DNA of 59,730 bases, taken from Flavobacteriaceae bacterium (lineage in GTDB: Bacteria > Bacteroidota > Bacteroidia > UKL13-3). The notes beneath the pieces are model-generated. The model made no database searches and had not been told where the DNA came from. It worked only from the letters and a program-made list of their open reading frames with translations. The stretch spans positions 1 to 59,730 of the forward strand of contig JANYDJ010000074.1 in assembly GCA_025363675.1 (NCBI GenBank). The letters run 5' to 3'. Numbering within the stretch: position 1 is the stretch's first letter; each line of letters opens with the position of its first letter. Shown piece by piece: positions 27,662-38,062 of the stretch. A program made the translations under genes and the position numbers.

Positions 27662-28624
27662 TTATTGTATATTAAATTGCTGTAGATTGATTAAGACAAC
27701 ATTTTCGATACGAAGGTCAATATCCGTATAATCTGTTTTTTCAAATTTTCGTGCAGTTACCATTTCAAATAATTCTATATATCTATCAGTAATGGTATTA
27801 ATAAATTCATCTGTCATGTCAGGGATTGATTGGCCCTCTAAGCCTTGGAAGTTATTTTCAATAAGCCATTGGCGTACAAATTCTTTTGAAAGTTGTTTTT
27901 GGGCCATTCCTTTTTGTTGCAATTCTTCATATTCATCCAAATAAAAATAGCGTGATGAATCGGGTGTATGCACTTCATCTATCAGCATAATTTCACCATC
28001 TTTTAATCCGAATTCATATTTGGTGTCCACCAAAATAAGTCCATTTTTTTGGGCCATGGCATTTCCGTGATTATATAATTCACGGGTGTATTTTTCTAGC
28101 TTTTCCCAGTGTTCAGCACTCACCAACCCTTGCGACACAACTTCAGCGGGACTAATATCCGTATCATGTCCTTTATCGGCTTTAATGGTGGGTGTAATAA
28201 TGGGCGTGGGGAATTTGTCATTCTCTTTCATTCCGTCGGGCATAGTGCTGCCACATATTTCTCGTTTGCCACTATTATACTCTCGCCAAGCATGGCCAGC
28301 TAGGTAACCGCGAATCACCATTTCTATTTTGAAAGGTTTGCACTGGTGACCAATTGTTATATTTGGGTCAGGGGTTGATATTTTCCAGTTGGGGCAAATA
28401 TGCTTGGTCTCATCTAAAAAGTAAGAGGCAATTTGATTTAATATTTGTCCTTTATACGGAATGGGTCGGGGCAATACATGGTCAAATGCAGAGATACGAT
28501 CGCAGGCTACTACTACCAAATATTTATCGGATATATGATATACATCCCTTACTTTTCCGCGGTAAAATTTCTTCTGTCCCGGAAAAAAATAATTGGTTGA
28601 AACCAGTGCTTTGTTTGTTGGCAT
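27662..28624 (-). CDS. purC: phosphoribosylaminoimidazole-succinocarboxamide synthase (long-form SAICAR synthetase)
   Basis: 320 aa with [19 protein letters not shown] and LVDTKYEFG motifs. Confidence 0.92.
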   Translation of the reverse strand: MPTNKALVSTNYFFPGQKKFYRGKVRDVYHISDKYLVVVACDRISAFDHVLPRPIPYKGQILNQIASYFLDETKHICPNWKISTPDPNITIGHQCKPFKIEMVIRGYLAGHAWREYNSGKREICGSTMPDGMKENDKFPTPIITPTIKADKGHDTDISPAEVVSQGLVSAEHWEKLEKYTRELYNHGNAMAQKNGLILVDTKYEFGLKDGEIMLIDEVHTPDSSRYFYLDEYEELQQKGMAQKQLSKEFVRQWLIENNFQGLEGQSIPDMTDEFINTITDRYIELFEMVTARKFEKTDYTDIDLRIENVVLINLQQFNIQ

Positions 28625-28642
28625 ATTTATTTTTTTTGGCCT

Positions 28643-29995
28643 CTAGGCACTTGTACTTTCTTGTATAACTTCTCCATATAAATCAAATGCATCAGTATGG
28701 GTAATTTTAATATTGGCAAAATCTCCGATGCGAATATAGTTGTTTTCTGCGTTAACCAAAATTTCGTTGTCTACTTCCGGACTATCATATTCGCTGCGAC
28801 CTATGAAGTATAAGCCTTCTTTGCGGTCGAATAATACTTTCAACGTTTTGCCCACTTTGTCTTGATTTATTTGTGCGGAAATTTCTTGTTGCAGTTCCAT
28901 CACTTCGGCTGCCCTGCTTTCTTTGGTTTCTTGCGGTATATCGTCGGCCATAGAATAAGCGTGTGTGCCATCTTCGTGTGAATAGGTAAAAACACCAAGC
29001 CTGTCAAATTTTGTTTTATTTACAAACTCTTTTAACTCTTCTATATCATTTTCTGTTTCGCCCGGATGCCCTACCAGCAAGGTGGTACGCAAGGCTATGC
29101 CTGGCACTTTTTGCCTTATAGTATCAATCAATTCTTCGGTACGACGGCGGGTAATTCCCCTACGCATAATCTTGAGCATATTGTCAGTGCCATGTTGCAC
29201 GGGCATGTCTAAATAATTACAAATATTTGACCGTTCAGCCATCACGTCTAAAGCATCTAAAGGGAACTGACTTGGGTATGCATAATGCAAACGAATCCAT
29301 TCCAGTCCCTCTACATCGCTCAAGTTTTTTAATAAATCTGCTAGCTTGCGGTCGCCATATAAATCCAGACCATAAAAGGTAGAATCTTGTGCTATCAGCA
29401 TAATTTCTTTGGTACCATTTCGCACCAAATTTTTTGCTTCAGTTACCAATGATTCAATAGATCGCGATACATGTTTGCCACGCATTAAAGGGATGGCACA
29501 AAACGAGCAAGGTCTGTCGCAACCTTCCGATATTTTGAGGTAAGCATAATGCGGAGGCGTTGTTAATAAACGTTCGCCAATAAGTTCGTGTTTATAATCT
29601 GCTCCCAATGTTTTAAGCATATTGGGCAGTTCCAAAGTGCCGAACCAAGCATCCACGTCAGGAATTTCCAAATTTAATTCGTCTTTATATCTGTGACTAA
29701 GGCAGCCAGTAACATATAGTTTGTCAATATTGCCCGCGGCTTTTTCTTCGGAGTAACGAAGTATGGTATCAATACTTTCCTGTTTGGCATTGTCAATAAA
29801 TCCGCAGGTGTTTATTATAATAATATTGGAATCGTCTTTTTCCGATTCGTGTTCCACCGCCATATCATTGGCTTTCAGTTGTCCCATCAGCACTTCACTA
29901 TCCACCACGTTTTTGCTACAACCGAGTGTGATTATATTGATTTTATTTTGTTTGGTAGTTTTGGTTTTCAAAAGTCTTATAAAATTGGCTTGCAA
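28643..29995 (-). CDS. rimO: ribosomal protein S12 methylthiotransferase RimO
   Basis: 450 aa. N-terminal UPF0004 domain (INIITLGCSKN..DSE), radical-SAM CDRPCSFC motif and a C-terminal TRAM-like domain. Confidence 0.9.
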   Translation of the reverse strand: MQANFIRLLKTKTTKQNKINIITLGCSKNVVDSEVLMGQLKANDMAVEHESEKDDSNIIIINTCGFIDNAKQESIDTILRYSEEKAAGNIDKLYVTGCLSHRYKDELNLEIPDVDAWFGTLELPNMLKTLGADYKHELIGERLLTTPPHYAYLKISEGCDRPCSFCAIPLMRGKHVSRSIESLVTEAKNLVRNGTKEIMLIAQDSTFYGLDLYGDRKLADLLKNLSDVEGLEWIRLHYAYPSQFPLDALDVMAERSNICNYLDMPVQHGTDNMLKIMRRGITRRRTEELIDTIRQKVPGIALRTTLLVGHPGETENDIEELKEFVNKTKFDRLGVFTYSHEDGTHAYSMADDIPQETKESRAAEVMELQQEISAQINQDKVGKTLKVLFDRKEGLYFIGRSEYDSPEVDNEILVNAENNYIRIGDFANIKITHTDAFDLYGEVIQESTSA

Positions 29996-30012
29996 AGATA
30001 GGCATTAAAGGG

Positions 30013-30065
30013 GTAAGGAATAAGGAATAAGGAGCTGACGCCGAATGGCCCTTATTCCTTGCTCC
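30013..30065. repeat. AAGGAATA-repeat hairpin carrying a GCTGACGCC core in its loop
   Basis: GTAAGGAATAAGGAATAAGGA-GCTGACGCC-GAATGGCCCTTATTCCTTGCTCC. A similar element lies in inverse orientation at 56795-56860. Confidence 0.75.
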
Positions 30066-30123
30066 TATTTTTTTTGAACCTTTTTGAATTTCACGTGTAT
30101 AAGGAAGAAAAAAATCTAGAAAA

Positions 30124-31281
30124 ATGAAAAAGTATTTCCTTCTTATCGTCTTATTGAACTCTATTGTATTAGTTGCTCAAAAGCCAGAACCAGTATATAG
30201 TTTTGCCCGAGTGTTGAAACCTATGGATTGGTACAAAAACCAAATTGTTGCCTGGAAAAATGTGATTAAAAAGGACAGTACCAATGGCAGTGCGTGGTAC
30301 AATTATTATAGAGCCACACGCTGCTTGGTTCGTTGCGATACTAAGGATAATAGAACTTGGGATGAAAAGATAAAGGACGAAGAAAAAGTGATGGAACAGA
30401 TGAGCAAAATTATTCCCAATACTTATGAATATAACTTGTGTATGTGGTTGATGCATGGCAATAATTACGATTATATATCATACTTGAAAAAAGCTGCTGA
30501 ACTGGGAGAGGGCAGAACGGAACATATATCGGATATGATTATTTGGGGAGAGATAGACAGAGATTTAACCAAGAAAAATACGTATGCAAAAAAGTGGTAC
30601 GAGTCGAAAGATTTTTCTACGGGATTTTTATATTATAACTATAATGTATTGGTAGGATTAAAACCCAATGCTATTATAATAAGTACGGGCGATAATGATA
30701 CGTATCCTATTTGGTTGCTACAGTCGCAGGGGATACGGAGGGATGTAACTTTGTTGAATTTAAGTTTGTTATATATAGATAAATACCGCGACAAAATATT
30801 TAAGGAATTGAATATAGCACCTTGGGATACGGCTATGCATGCAAAAAATGCAAAACCAGATCAGAATCCCTACCATAATGACTTGATAAAACAAATTGCC
30901 GAAAATAAAAATAAATATCCTGTGTATATTGCCCTCACAGTGGGCGACGAGTATTCAAAAACAATTGAAGACAAGCTTTACTTAACAGGTTTGGCGTATG
31001 AATATAATAATGAAACTGTAGATAATATAGCTTTGCTAAAAGGAAATTTCGAACAACACTTTGCTTTGGATTATTTAGACAAGAATTTTTATGATGATGT
31101 ATCAGCTGAGAAGGTAAAAGAAATAAATTGCAACTATATTGTGCCCATGCTCAAATTATACGACCACTATAAAACAGCAGGCGATAGGCAAAAAGCGGAT
31201 TGGATTAAAGCCAAAATACTTGTTATTGCCAAAGATACCGAATACGAAAAGAAAATACTTGAGCATATAAATAAAAACTAG
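30124..31281 (+). CDS. secreted hypothetical protein with a segment resembling the C-terminal part of DUF2723 proteins
   Basis: Signal peptide MKKYFLLIVLLNSIVLVAQ. The segment IIISTGDNDTYPIWLLQSQGIRRDVTLLNLSLL resembles the GDNDT.P.WY.QEVEG.R.DV...NLSLL block of DUF2723 proteins (from memory). Confidence 0.6.
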   Translation: MKKYFLLIVLLNSIVLVAQKPEPVYSFARVLKPMDWYKNQIVAWKNVIKKDSTNGSAWYNYYRATRCLVRCDTKDNRTWDEKIKDEEKVMEQMSKIIPNTYEYNLCMWLMHGNNYDYISYLKKAAELGEGRTEHISDMIIWGEIDRDLTKKNTYAKKWYESKDFSTGFLYYNYNVLVGLKPNAIIISTGDNDTYPIWLLQSQGIRRDVTLLNLSLLYIDKYRDKIFKELNIAPWDTAMHAKNAKPDQNPYHNDLIKQIAENKNKYPVYIALTVGDEYSKTIEDKLYLTGLAYEYNNETVDNIALLKGNFEQHFALDYLDKNFYDDVSAEKVKEINCNYIVPMLKLYDHYKTAGDRQKADWIKAKILVIAKDTEYEKKILEHINKN

Positions 31282-31283
31282 GT

Positions 31284-31859
31284 TTGTTTAAAGTCCGGTC
31301 TAAAATAAATAAGGATTTGCCCGATGCAGAATTAATGCAGCTACTGGCCAAAGGCAATCGTATTGCATTTGAAATAATATATGATAGATATTTTTACAAA
31401 TTGGTTGGCTTTTGCAAACGCTTATTAAATGAAGATGAGGAACTGGCAAAGGATATAGTGCAAGAGGTATTTATTAAAATTATAGATAAACCAGAATCAT
31501 TTAGCACCCACAAAGTATTTTCAACATGGATATATACCCTTGCAAAATATTTATGTTTTAATCACATAAGGAATGAACAAAACAGGAAGGATTTAATACA
31601 ACAAAATTATCAATTTGAGGAAGCTACTGAAATATATCCAAACACCGATTCCAAATTATTAAAACTAAAAATTGCTGAACTATATCGTTCGTTTAATGAT
31701 AAAGAAAAATTGATTTTTATATTACGTTTTGAACAAGAACTAAGTATCAAAAAAATAGCCGAGATAGCTGAGATACCAGAAGGCAGCGTAAAATCGGGAA
31801 TATATTATTTGTTAAAAAAAATAGGCTTACATCTAAAAGAATTTAAACATGAATACTGA
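31284..31859 (+). CDS. ECF-type RNA polymerase sigma-70 family factor
   Basis: Region 2 (AFEIIYDRYFYKLVGFC...DIVQEVFIKI) and region 4 (LSIKKIAEIAEIPEGSVKSGIYYLLKKI). TTG start at 31284, with an alternative ATG at 31335. Confidence 0.85.
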   Translation: MFKVRSKINKDLPDAELMQLLAKGNRIAFEIIYDRYFYKLVGFCKRLLNEDEELAKDIVQEVFIKIIDKPESFSTHKVFSTWIYTLAKYLCFNHIRNEQNRKDLIQQNYQFEEATEIYPNTDSKLLKLKIAELYRSFNDKEKLIFILRFEQELSIKKIAEIAEIPEGSVKSGIYYLLKKIGLHLKEFKHEY

Positions 31860-32496
31860 TAAACAGCATATACCCAATGGGGTATTTGATTTTGTGGAAC
31901 AATATACTTTTGCCCAACTTACAAAAGTGCAGCAACAAGAAGTATTACAATGGTTTGATGAGGCAACCTACGAGCTCATGCACGAGGCAGCTTTGCAGGT
32001 AAAACAAGTGATACCAACTGTTTCGCCCAAAGAATTATTGTTAAGCAGGTTCGACCAAAAATATAAGAATAACTTTGCCAGTGTAATAAGTATGCCCATT
32101 GCTTTGTGGAAAGCTGCGATTTTTTTTATTGTTACGGGCTTCTTAGCATTGGGCTATAATCATTTCTACCCTGTAACAGATATTTCTAATAGGGTGGCTG
32201 CATTAACAGATACGGTGTTTATAGCAAATCAAATGTTAGAAACGGAGGGTATGAAAAACAAAATTCATGATACAGTTTATATAAATGGTGCTGCTAAAAA
32301 TGAAACACCCTATCCCTCACACATGCTATCTACAAAACCTGTGCGAAACTCTTGGGGCAAGCGTGTTAAAGCACCTCAGTTCTCCGATCTTAATATTGTA
32401 ACAATTGATGAATGGGGCAGCACGGCCAATAAACCCAAAGGCAATACTATTGAAAAAGACAGCTTGATTCATCATTTTAACTTTGTGAAATTATAA
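31849..32496 (+). CDS. putative anti-sigma factor / membrane protein
   Basis: Overlaps the sigma-factor stop by 11 nt. There is a single central TM segment (ALWKAAIFFIVTGFLALGY). No other motif. Confidence 0.5.
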   Translation: MNTDKQHIPNGVFDFVEQYTFAQLTKVQQQEVLQWFDEATYELMHEAALQVKQVIPTVSPKELLLSRFDQKYKNNFASVISMPIALWKAAIFFIVTGFLALGYNHFYPVTDISNRVAALTDTVFIANQMLETEGMKNKIHDTVYINGAAKNETPYPSHMLSTKPVRNSWGKRVKAPQFSDLNIVTIDEWGSTANKPKGNTIEKDSLIHHFNFVKL

Positions 32497-32544
32497 AAAA
32501 ATATTGTACTATTGTAGTATGATTCGCTGCAATAGTTAACAATA

Positions 32545-33087
32545 ATGACGTTTAATAATTTTGTAATAAGGCCCATTACTGCAGATGATGTAGAAAATTA
32601 CTTCTTATTTATAGAGAGTAATCGTGAGCGTATTGCTCCTTATTTCCCTGTTATAGCTCAGTCTACGCTCAATGTAGAATCTACCCTTGAGTATATAAAA
32701 AAGAGGGTTCAACGGGCTGAGAAAAAAGAATACATCACCTTTGTAATAGTCGACATTGAGGTACATAAAATTATTGGGGCTATTTTTTTAAAGGCGATTG
32801 ATTGGAAAAGTATGAAATCGGAAATTGGTTCTTTTGTGGACCAGGGTTATGAAGGCAAAGGTATTGTAAGCCAAGGCCTGTCAATGGCTATTAACCATTG
32901 CTTTTGGGTGTTGGAATTAAATAAAGTATTTTTCAAAATTCATCAAGATAATTTAAGAAGTATTCGCATTGCAGAAAAATTGGGATTCACCAAAGAAGGT
33001 GTGCTCAGACAAGATTTTAAAGGACTGGATGGCAAGTATGTTGATATGATGTATTACGGATTGTTGAAAGAGGATAAGGGGGCTTAA
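32545..33087 (+). CDS. GNAT-family N-acetyltransferase (RimJ/RimL-like)
   Basis: 180 aa. Acetyl-CoA-binding-type motif EGKGIVSQGL, plus N..S.RIAEKLGF..EG.LR. Confidence 0.85.
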   Translation: MTFNNFVIRPITADDVENYFLFIESNRERIAPYFPVIAQSTLNVESTLEYIKKRVQRAEKKEYITFVIVDIEVHKIIGAIFLKAIDWKSMKSEIGSFVDQGYEGKGIVSQGLSMAINHCFWVLELNKVFFKIHQDNLRSIRIAEKLGFTKEGVLRQDFKGLDGKYVDMMYYGLLKEDKGA

Positions 33088-33131
33088 TTAATGATTAATG
33101 ATTAATGATGAATGATGAATGGGCTGACGCC
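33085..33131 (+). repeat. TAATGAT/GAATGAT short-period block ending in a GGCTGACGCC core
   Basis: TAATTAATGATTAATGATTAATGATGAATGATGAATGGGCTGACGCC, starting at the GNAT stop codon. Confidence 0.75.
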
Positions 33132-33326
33132 AAATACCATTTTTATATTGATGAAAAATAGTATAATAATTCTTTGTTTTATATTTTGTAGCTTTACTGC
33201 AAATGCACAAAGTATTGCTGGAAAAGCAGAGTTCAATTTTAATTATAGGCACGATGAAAACCCAAAGAAGCCGATGTTTTGGAAAGGGGAAATATATGCT
33301 AAGATCTCAACTCAATAGCTTAATGC

Positions 33327-33405
33327 GGTTGGCAGTTGGCAGGAGGCAGTCGCAACGCCTTCCTGCTTCCGTTGGTAGCCCGTAGGGTACTACCAACTAC
33401 CAACT
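33327..33405. repeat. palindromic element with heptamer arms (TTGGCAG x2 ... CTACCAA x2) and two internal hairpins
   Basis: GGTTGGCAGTTGGCAGGAGGC...GCCTTCCTGC and GTTGGTAGCCCGTAGGGTACTACCAACTACCAACT. Confidence 0.6.
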
Positions 33406-33434
33406 ATATACTTTCGGCTTTAATCCTCCTCTCG

Positions 33435-33442
33435 TATCTTTG
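33435..33442 (+). promoter_or_regulatory. -7 promoter box TAnnTTTG (TATCTTTG)
   Basis: Exact consensus match 23 nt upstream of the ATG at 33465. Confidence 0.45.
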
Positions 33443-33455
33443 CCCCCCAATTTAA

Positions 33456-35096
<1,641 letters not shown>

Positions 35097-35174
35097 TTTT
35101 CATTTTTTTTTACAATTCCACGCAACCATTTCACCTTAAATGGAGTTTAATTTGTAAAATTAAAACTTAGTTAT

Positions 35175-36017
35175 ATGCAAAAATTATTTACCCCAATCCT
35201 ATTAGTTATTTTCACAGTAATTGCTCCAGCTAGTTATGGGCAGTATTGTATGTTGGCCGGCAGAACTTGTTATTCATCAGATCAGCCCGGCATTACCAAT
35301 TTTAAGTTGAATACGATTAACCGTACTTCAGGCAATGTGGAGAATAGCCAGTCAGTAGTTGTTACTACAGGACTTAGCACCACTTTACAACGCGGAAAAT
35401 CATATACTATCAGTATCACACATAGCGAGGATGTTACTAACTTCCCCGGGGCACGCAATAATATTCGTGTTTGGATTGACTATAATCAAAACAAAAAATA
35501 TACAGATGCCAATGAAACTGTGTGGAGCAAAAACCTAGCAGCACCTAGCAATACGGATAGTTTTACTTTCACCGTTCCTGCAACTGCAACTTTGGGCACA
35601 ACAAGTTTACGTGCCACTGCAAAAATGAGTGCGGATGCAGGGCACAGCCTTCCCTCGCCATGCGATAGTCCTGCAGACCCAATAGGCTACCATGGCGAGA
35701 TGGAAGATTATACTGTTAATATTGTTGCAGCTTCGGGCATTGACGATATACAAACAAATGAACTAAATTTTACTGTTTATCCAAATCCATTTAGTAGTGT
35801 TACAAATATATATTATGAGCTAAAAGAAAAATCGGCAGTGAGTGTAGATATATATAATATGTTGGGCGAGAAAGTATACGGCATTATCAAAAATCCATTA
35901 CAAGCTCCCGGTAATTATAACTATAGTTTTGATATGGACATACCTGTTGGAATATATATAATAAAACTCTCAGCGAGCGATATTGTATATACACAGCAAT
36001 TAGTTAAATCTAACTAA
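35175..36017 (+). CDS. GEVED-domain secreted protein with T9SS C-terminal sorting domain
   Basis: Signal peptide, a GYHGEMEDYTVNI (GEVED-type) motif, and a C-terminal VYPNPFSS...IYNMLGEKV...GIYIIKL tail. Confidence 0.8.
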   Translation: MQKLFTPILLVIFTVIAPASYGQYCMLAGRTCYSSDQPGITNFKLNTINRTSGNVENSQSVVVTTGLSTTLQRGKSYTISITHSEDVTNFPGARNNIRVWIDYNQNKKYTDANETVWSKNLAAPSNTDSFTFTVPATATLGTTSLRATAKMSADAGHSLPSPCDSPADPIGYHGEMEDYTVNIVAASGIDDIQTNELNFTVYPNPFSSVTNIYYELKEKSAVSVDIYNMLGEKVYGIIKNPLQAPGNYNYSFDMDIPVGIYIIKLSASDIVYTQQLVKSN

Positions 36018-36029
36018 AATTTCTAAAAT

Positions 36030-36305
36030 ATGGACAAGGCAAAAGCCTTGAAGGCATTGACGTGCATCCCCGGCGTTGGTAAATCAGTAGCACTTGATTT
36101 TTGGAGTATCGGTATTAAAAATGTTTCCGATTTGCGTGGCAAAAATGCCGAAGAATTATATACTTTATTAAACAAAGTTTCTGGTTTCACCCAGAATAAA
36201 TGTTTCCTCTATGTTTTTCGTTGTGCCATATATTATGCTGAAACTCCACCTGAAATACATGATAAGGAAAAATTGAATTGGTGGTATTGGAAGGAGCATT
36301 ATTAG
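36030..36305 (+). CDS. helix-hairpin-helix domain protein (Cdd1/pathogenicity-locus-like)
   Basis: 91 aa. L.CIPGVGKSVALDFWSIGIKNVSDLRGKNAEELY is an HhH motif. Confidence 0.6.
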   Translation: MDKAKALKALTCIPGVGKSVALDFWSIGIKNVSDLRGKNAEELYTLLNKVSGFTQNKCFLYVFRCAIYYAETPPEIHDKEKLNWWYWKEHY

Positions 36306-36336
36306 TGGTCAGTAGTTAGTAGTCAGTGGCTGACGC
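36306..36336 (+). repeat. AGTAGTY short-period block ending in a GGCTGACGC core
   Basis: TGGTCAGTAGTTAGTAGTCAGTGGCTGACGC, immediately after the stop codon of the HhH gene. Confidence 0.65.
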
Positions 36337-36352
36337 ATGATTATATGATAAA

Positions 36353-36461
36353 CGTCATTGCGAGGAGCAGTGTGTTTGGCTGTGCGTGAGAGCGACGAAG
36401 CAATCTCATTCGAACTCGTTTTCAAAATGAGATTGCTTCGTCGTTCCTCCTCGCAATGACG
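36353..36461. repeat. palindromic element, GTCATTGCGAGG family (full copy)
   Basis: The outer arms CGTCATTGCGAGGAG ... CTCCTCGCAATGACG and the inner arms CGACGAAGCAATCTCAT ... ATGAGATTGCTTCGTCG form a long hairpin. ORF 36309-36530 is just its translation. Confidence 0.85.
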
Positions 36462-36684
36462 ACTACTTTGCACACCCATGATGTTGTATATGGCTATCGC
36501 ACCCGTGCTGTGCAGCAGTGCCGGGACCACATTCTTGGTAGCAATGGCCTCTTAGTGCTGCTAAGCTTCCTATAGTAATTGCCATTGCGGCAAAGAATAC
36601 GATGATTTTTGAACTTTTTTTCATGATAGTATTATATTAATTATTAATGGTTAATTATTAATGGTTGATGATGGACAGCTATTA

Positions 36685-36978
36685 TTATTTGGTTTCTTCG
36701 TTGGTTGGTGTTGAAGGCATTTGATGGGCATCATATCCGCAACATCTGTTTCCCCATTTTTGTCTAAATACTTTGCGTTCATCTTCACTCATATTTTGAT
36801 ATTTCTGAGCGAATGCATAACGCATCTCCCTGCGGTGTCTGCCAAAGCCCAACAAGCGGAATGCTCCGGCTATCAGCATAAAGAATAAGAAAATTCTGAG
36901 TAAGAAAAAGGGCATCATAAATAAGGCCAAGCCTACCATTATTCCTGCCAATACTGTTTTAAAAAATTGCTTTGTCAT
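36685..36978 (-). CDS. small membrane protein, paralog of 39443-39757
   Basis: 97 aa. Two TM helices are followed by a basic stretch and the motif NMSEDERKVFRQKWGNRC, shared with the 104-aa protein at 39443-39757 (NMTPEEREKFKSEWRERC). Confidence 0.6.
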   Translation of the reverse strand: MTKQFFKTVLAGIMVGLALFMMPFFLLRIFLFFMLIAGAFRLLGFGRHRREMRYAFAQKYQNMSEDERKVFRQKWGNRCCGYDAHQMPSTPTNEETK

Positions 36979-37031
36979 AATTGTTTTTTGTTAATTTTTA
37001 TTTTTTGAATTAATATTTTTTTGAACTTACG

Positions 37032-37095
37032 CGTCATTGCGAGGAGGCTCCCGACGTGGCAATCCCATTGAGTGTGTGCTCAGTTTAGATTTGAT
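37032..37095. repeat. half copy (left arm and loop only) of the GTCATTGCGAGG-family element
   Basis: CGTCATTGCGAGGAGGCTCCCGACGTGGCAATCCCATTGAGTGTGTGCTCAGTTTAGATT. The loop resembles the 10476-10584 copy, but no right arm follows. Confidence 0.65.
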
Positions 37096-37304
37096 CCTCC
37101 GCAGAATTCTTTGAAATGAAACGCTTAGTTATTTAAGAAGACGAAAGAAATAATTTATTACTTTAAAATAAAAAATAATTTGCTTTTAAAGTCCATGTAG
37201 TTACCTCAAAAGACACAACCAGAGGCATTGTGTAACCTGAGAAGACAAGTTGGATTTTAAATTATCTATAAGTTTTTATTCTTGTTTAAAACAATTTTGT
37301 TGTA

Positions 37305-37312
37305 TACTTTTG
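37305..37312 (+). promoter_or_regulatory. -7 promoter box TAnnTTTG (TACTTTTG) for the TA operon
   Basis: Exact consensus match 25 nt upstream of the ATG at 37337. Confidence 0.4.
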
Positions 37313-37336
37313 TAAGTAATTCGATTTAATCTACAA

Positions 37337-37543
37337 ATGAAAATATTATTAGATATTCCCGACAACAAAGCATCATCATTCATGGATGTATTGAAAAGCA
37401 TTTCATATGTGAAGGCTAAGCCCATTACCGATGCAAAGGCTTTGTTAATGGAGGAGATAAAAGAAGCTGTTGATGAAATGAAATTGATAAGGTCTGGTAA
37501 GAAAAAAGCGAGGAACGCAGAAGATTTTTTGAATGAGTTATAA
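37337..37543 (+). CDS. type II antitoxin (small Bacteroidota-type)
   Basis: 68-aa ORF overlapping the toxin start by 11 nt. The acidic/basic helical C-terminus (LIRSGKKKARNAEDFLNEL) is typical of antitoxins paired with RelE/HigB-like toxins in this phylum. Confidence 0.65.
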   Translation: MKILLDIPDNKASSFMDVLKSISYVKAKPITDAKALLMEEIKEAVDEMKLIRSGKKKARNAEDFLNEL

Positions 37544-37862
37544 AGTAAAATCTATTGCAGTTTTTGAGAGGCAAGCTAAAAGGTTAATTAAAAAATACCC
37601 TTCTCTTAAAAACGAACTTATGCAATTGATTCAAGTGCTTAAAGAACATCCGGAACAGGGAACATTTATTGGCAAAAGTTGTTTCAAAATTAGACTTTCT
37701 ATATCATCTAAAGGTAAAGGAAAATCAGGTGGAGCTAGAGTTATTGCAAACTTTATACTTATGGAGAAGACCGTGTATTTGCTGACTATTTATGATAAAT
37801 CAGAAAAGGAGAATCTGACGGATAAAGAATTAGAAGAACTATTAAGGTATATTCCTTTGTAA
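37533..37862 (+). CDS. type II toxin, RelE/HigB (Gp49-like) family
   Basis: 109 aa. F..Q.K.L.KK...L......L...P..G......C.K.R........GKSGGARVI......VYLL.IYDKSE..N is the pattern of RelE/HigB-like mRNA interferases. Confidence 0.8.
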   Translation: MSYKVKSIAVFERQAKRLIKKYPSLKNELMQLIQVLKEHPEQGTFIGKSCFKIRLSISSKGKGKSGGARVIANFILMEKTVYLLTIYDKSEKENLTDKELEELLRYIPL

Positions 37863-38056
37863 TCACAAGATCAAAATCCCGATAGAATGTTGGATTGGGA
37901 TGCAGCATCTAAAACATTGAAATCATAATGTCCAAGTATACAGTAAACATTGATACTGATGCTTTACATGATATACAAAATGCAACTGATTGGTATAATG
38001 AAGTGTTAAATGGCTTAGGTGCTAGTTTTCAGAACCAAGTAAAATTAATAGCCTAA
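37863..38056 (+). pseudogene. remnant of a second TA locus: antitoxin C-terminal tail plus a 3'-truncated ParE/RelE-like toxin
   Basis: An open frame ...NPDRMLDWDAASKTLKS stops at 37926-37928 in a TAATG overlap with a 42-codon ORF, MSKYTVNIDTDALHDIQNATDWYNEVLNGLGASFQNQVKLIA. That ORF matches the N-terminal half of ~95-aa ParE-like toxins and ends 6 nt from the TIR gene stop. Confidence 0.5.
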
Positions 38057-38062
38057 ACTATT

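Noticed and set aside
33112-33385. Small ORFs after the GNAT gene, including a 55-aa peptide from the ATG at 33151 with a signal-peptide-like start (MKNSIIILCFIFCSFTANAQ).
   Set aside because: The upstream part is translated TAATGAT repeat. The peptide stops after about 35 mature residues and may be the remnant of an OMP gene. The evidence is too weak to call it a gene or a pseudogene.
36309-36624. 73-aa ORF 36309-36530 and a 53-aa ORF (36463-36624, MKKSSKIIVFFAAMAITIGSLAA...).
   Set aside because: The 73-aa ORF is simply the translation of the family-A palindrome. The 53-aa ORF has a plausible signal or TM start, but its C-terminal half also runs into the palindrome, so I do not report it as a feature.
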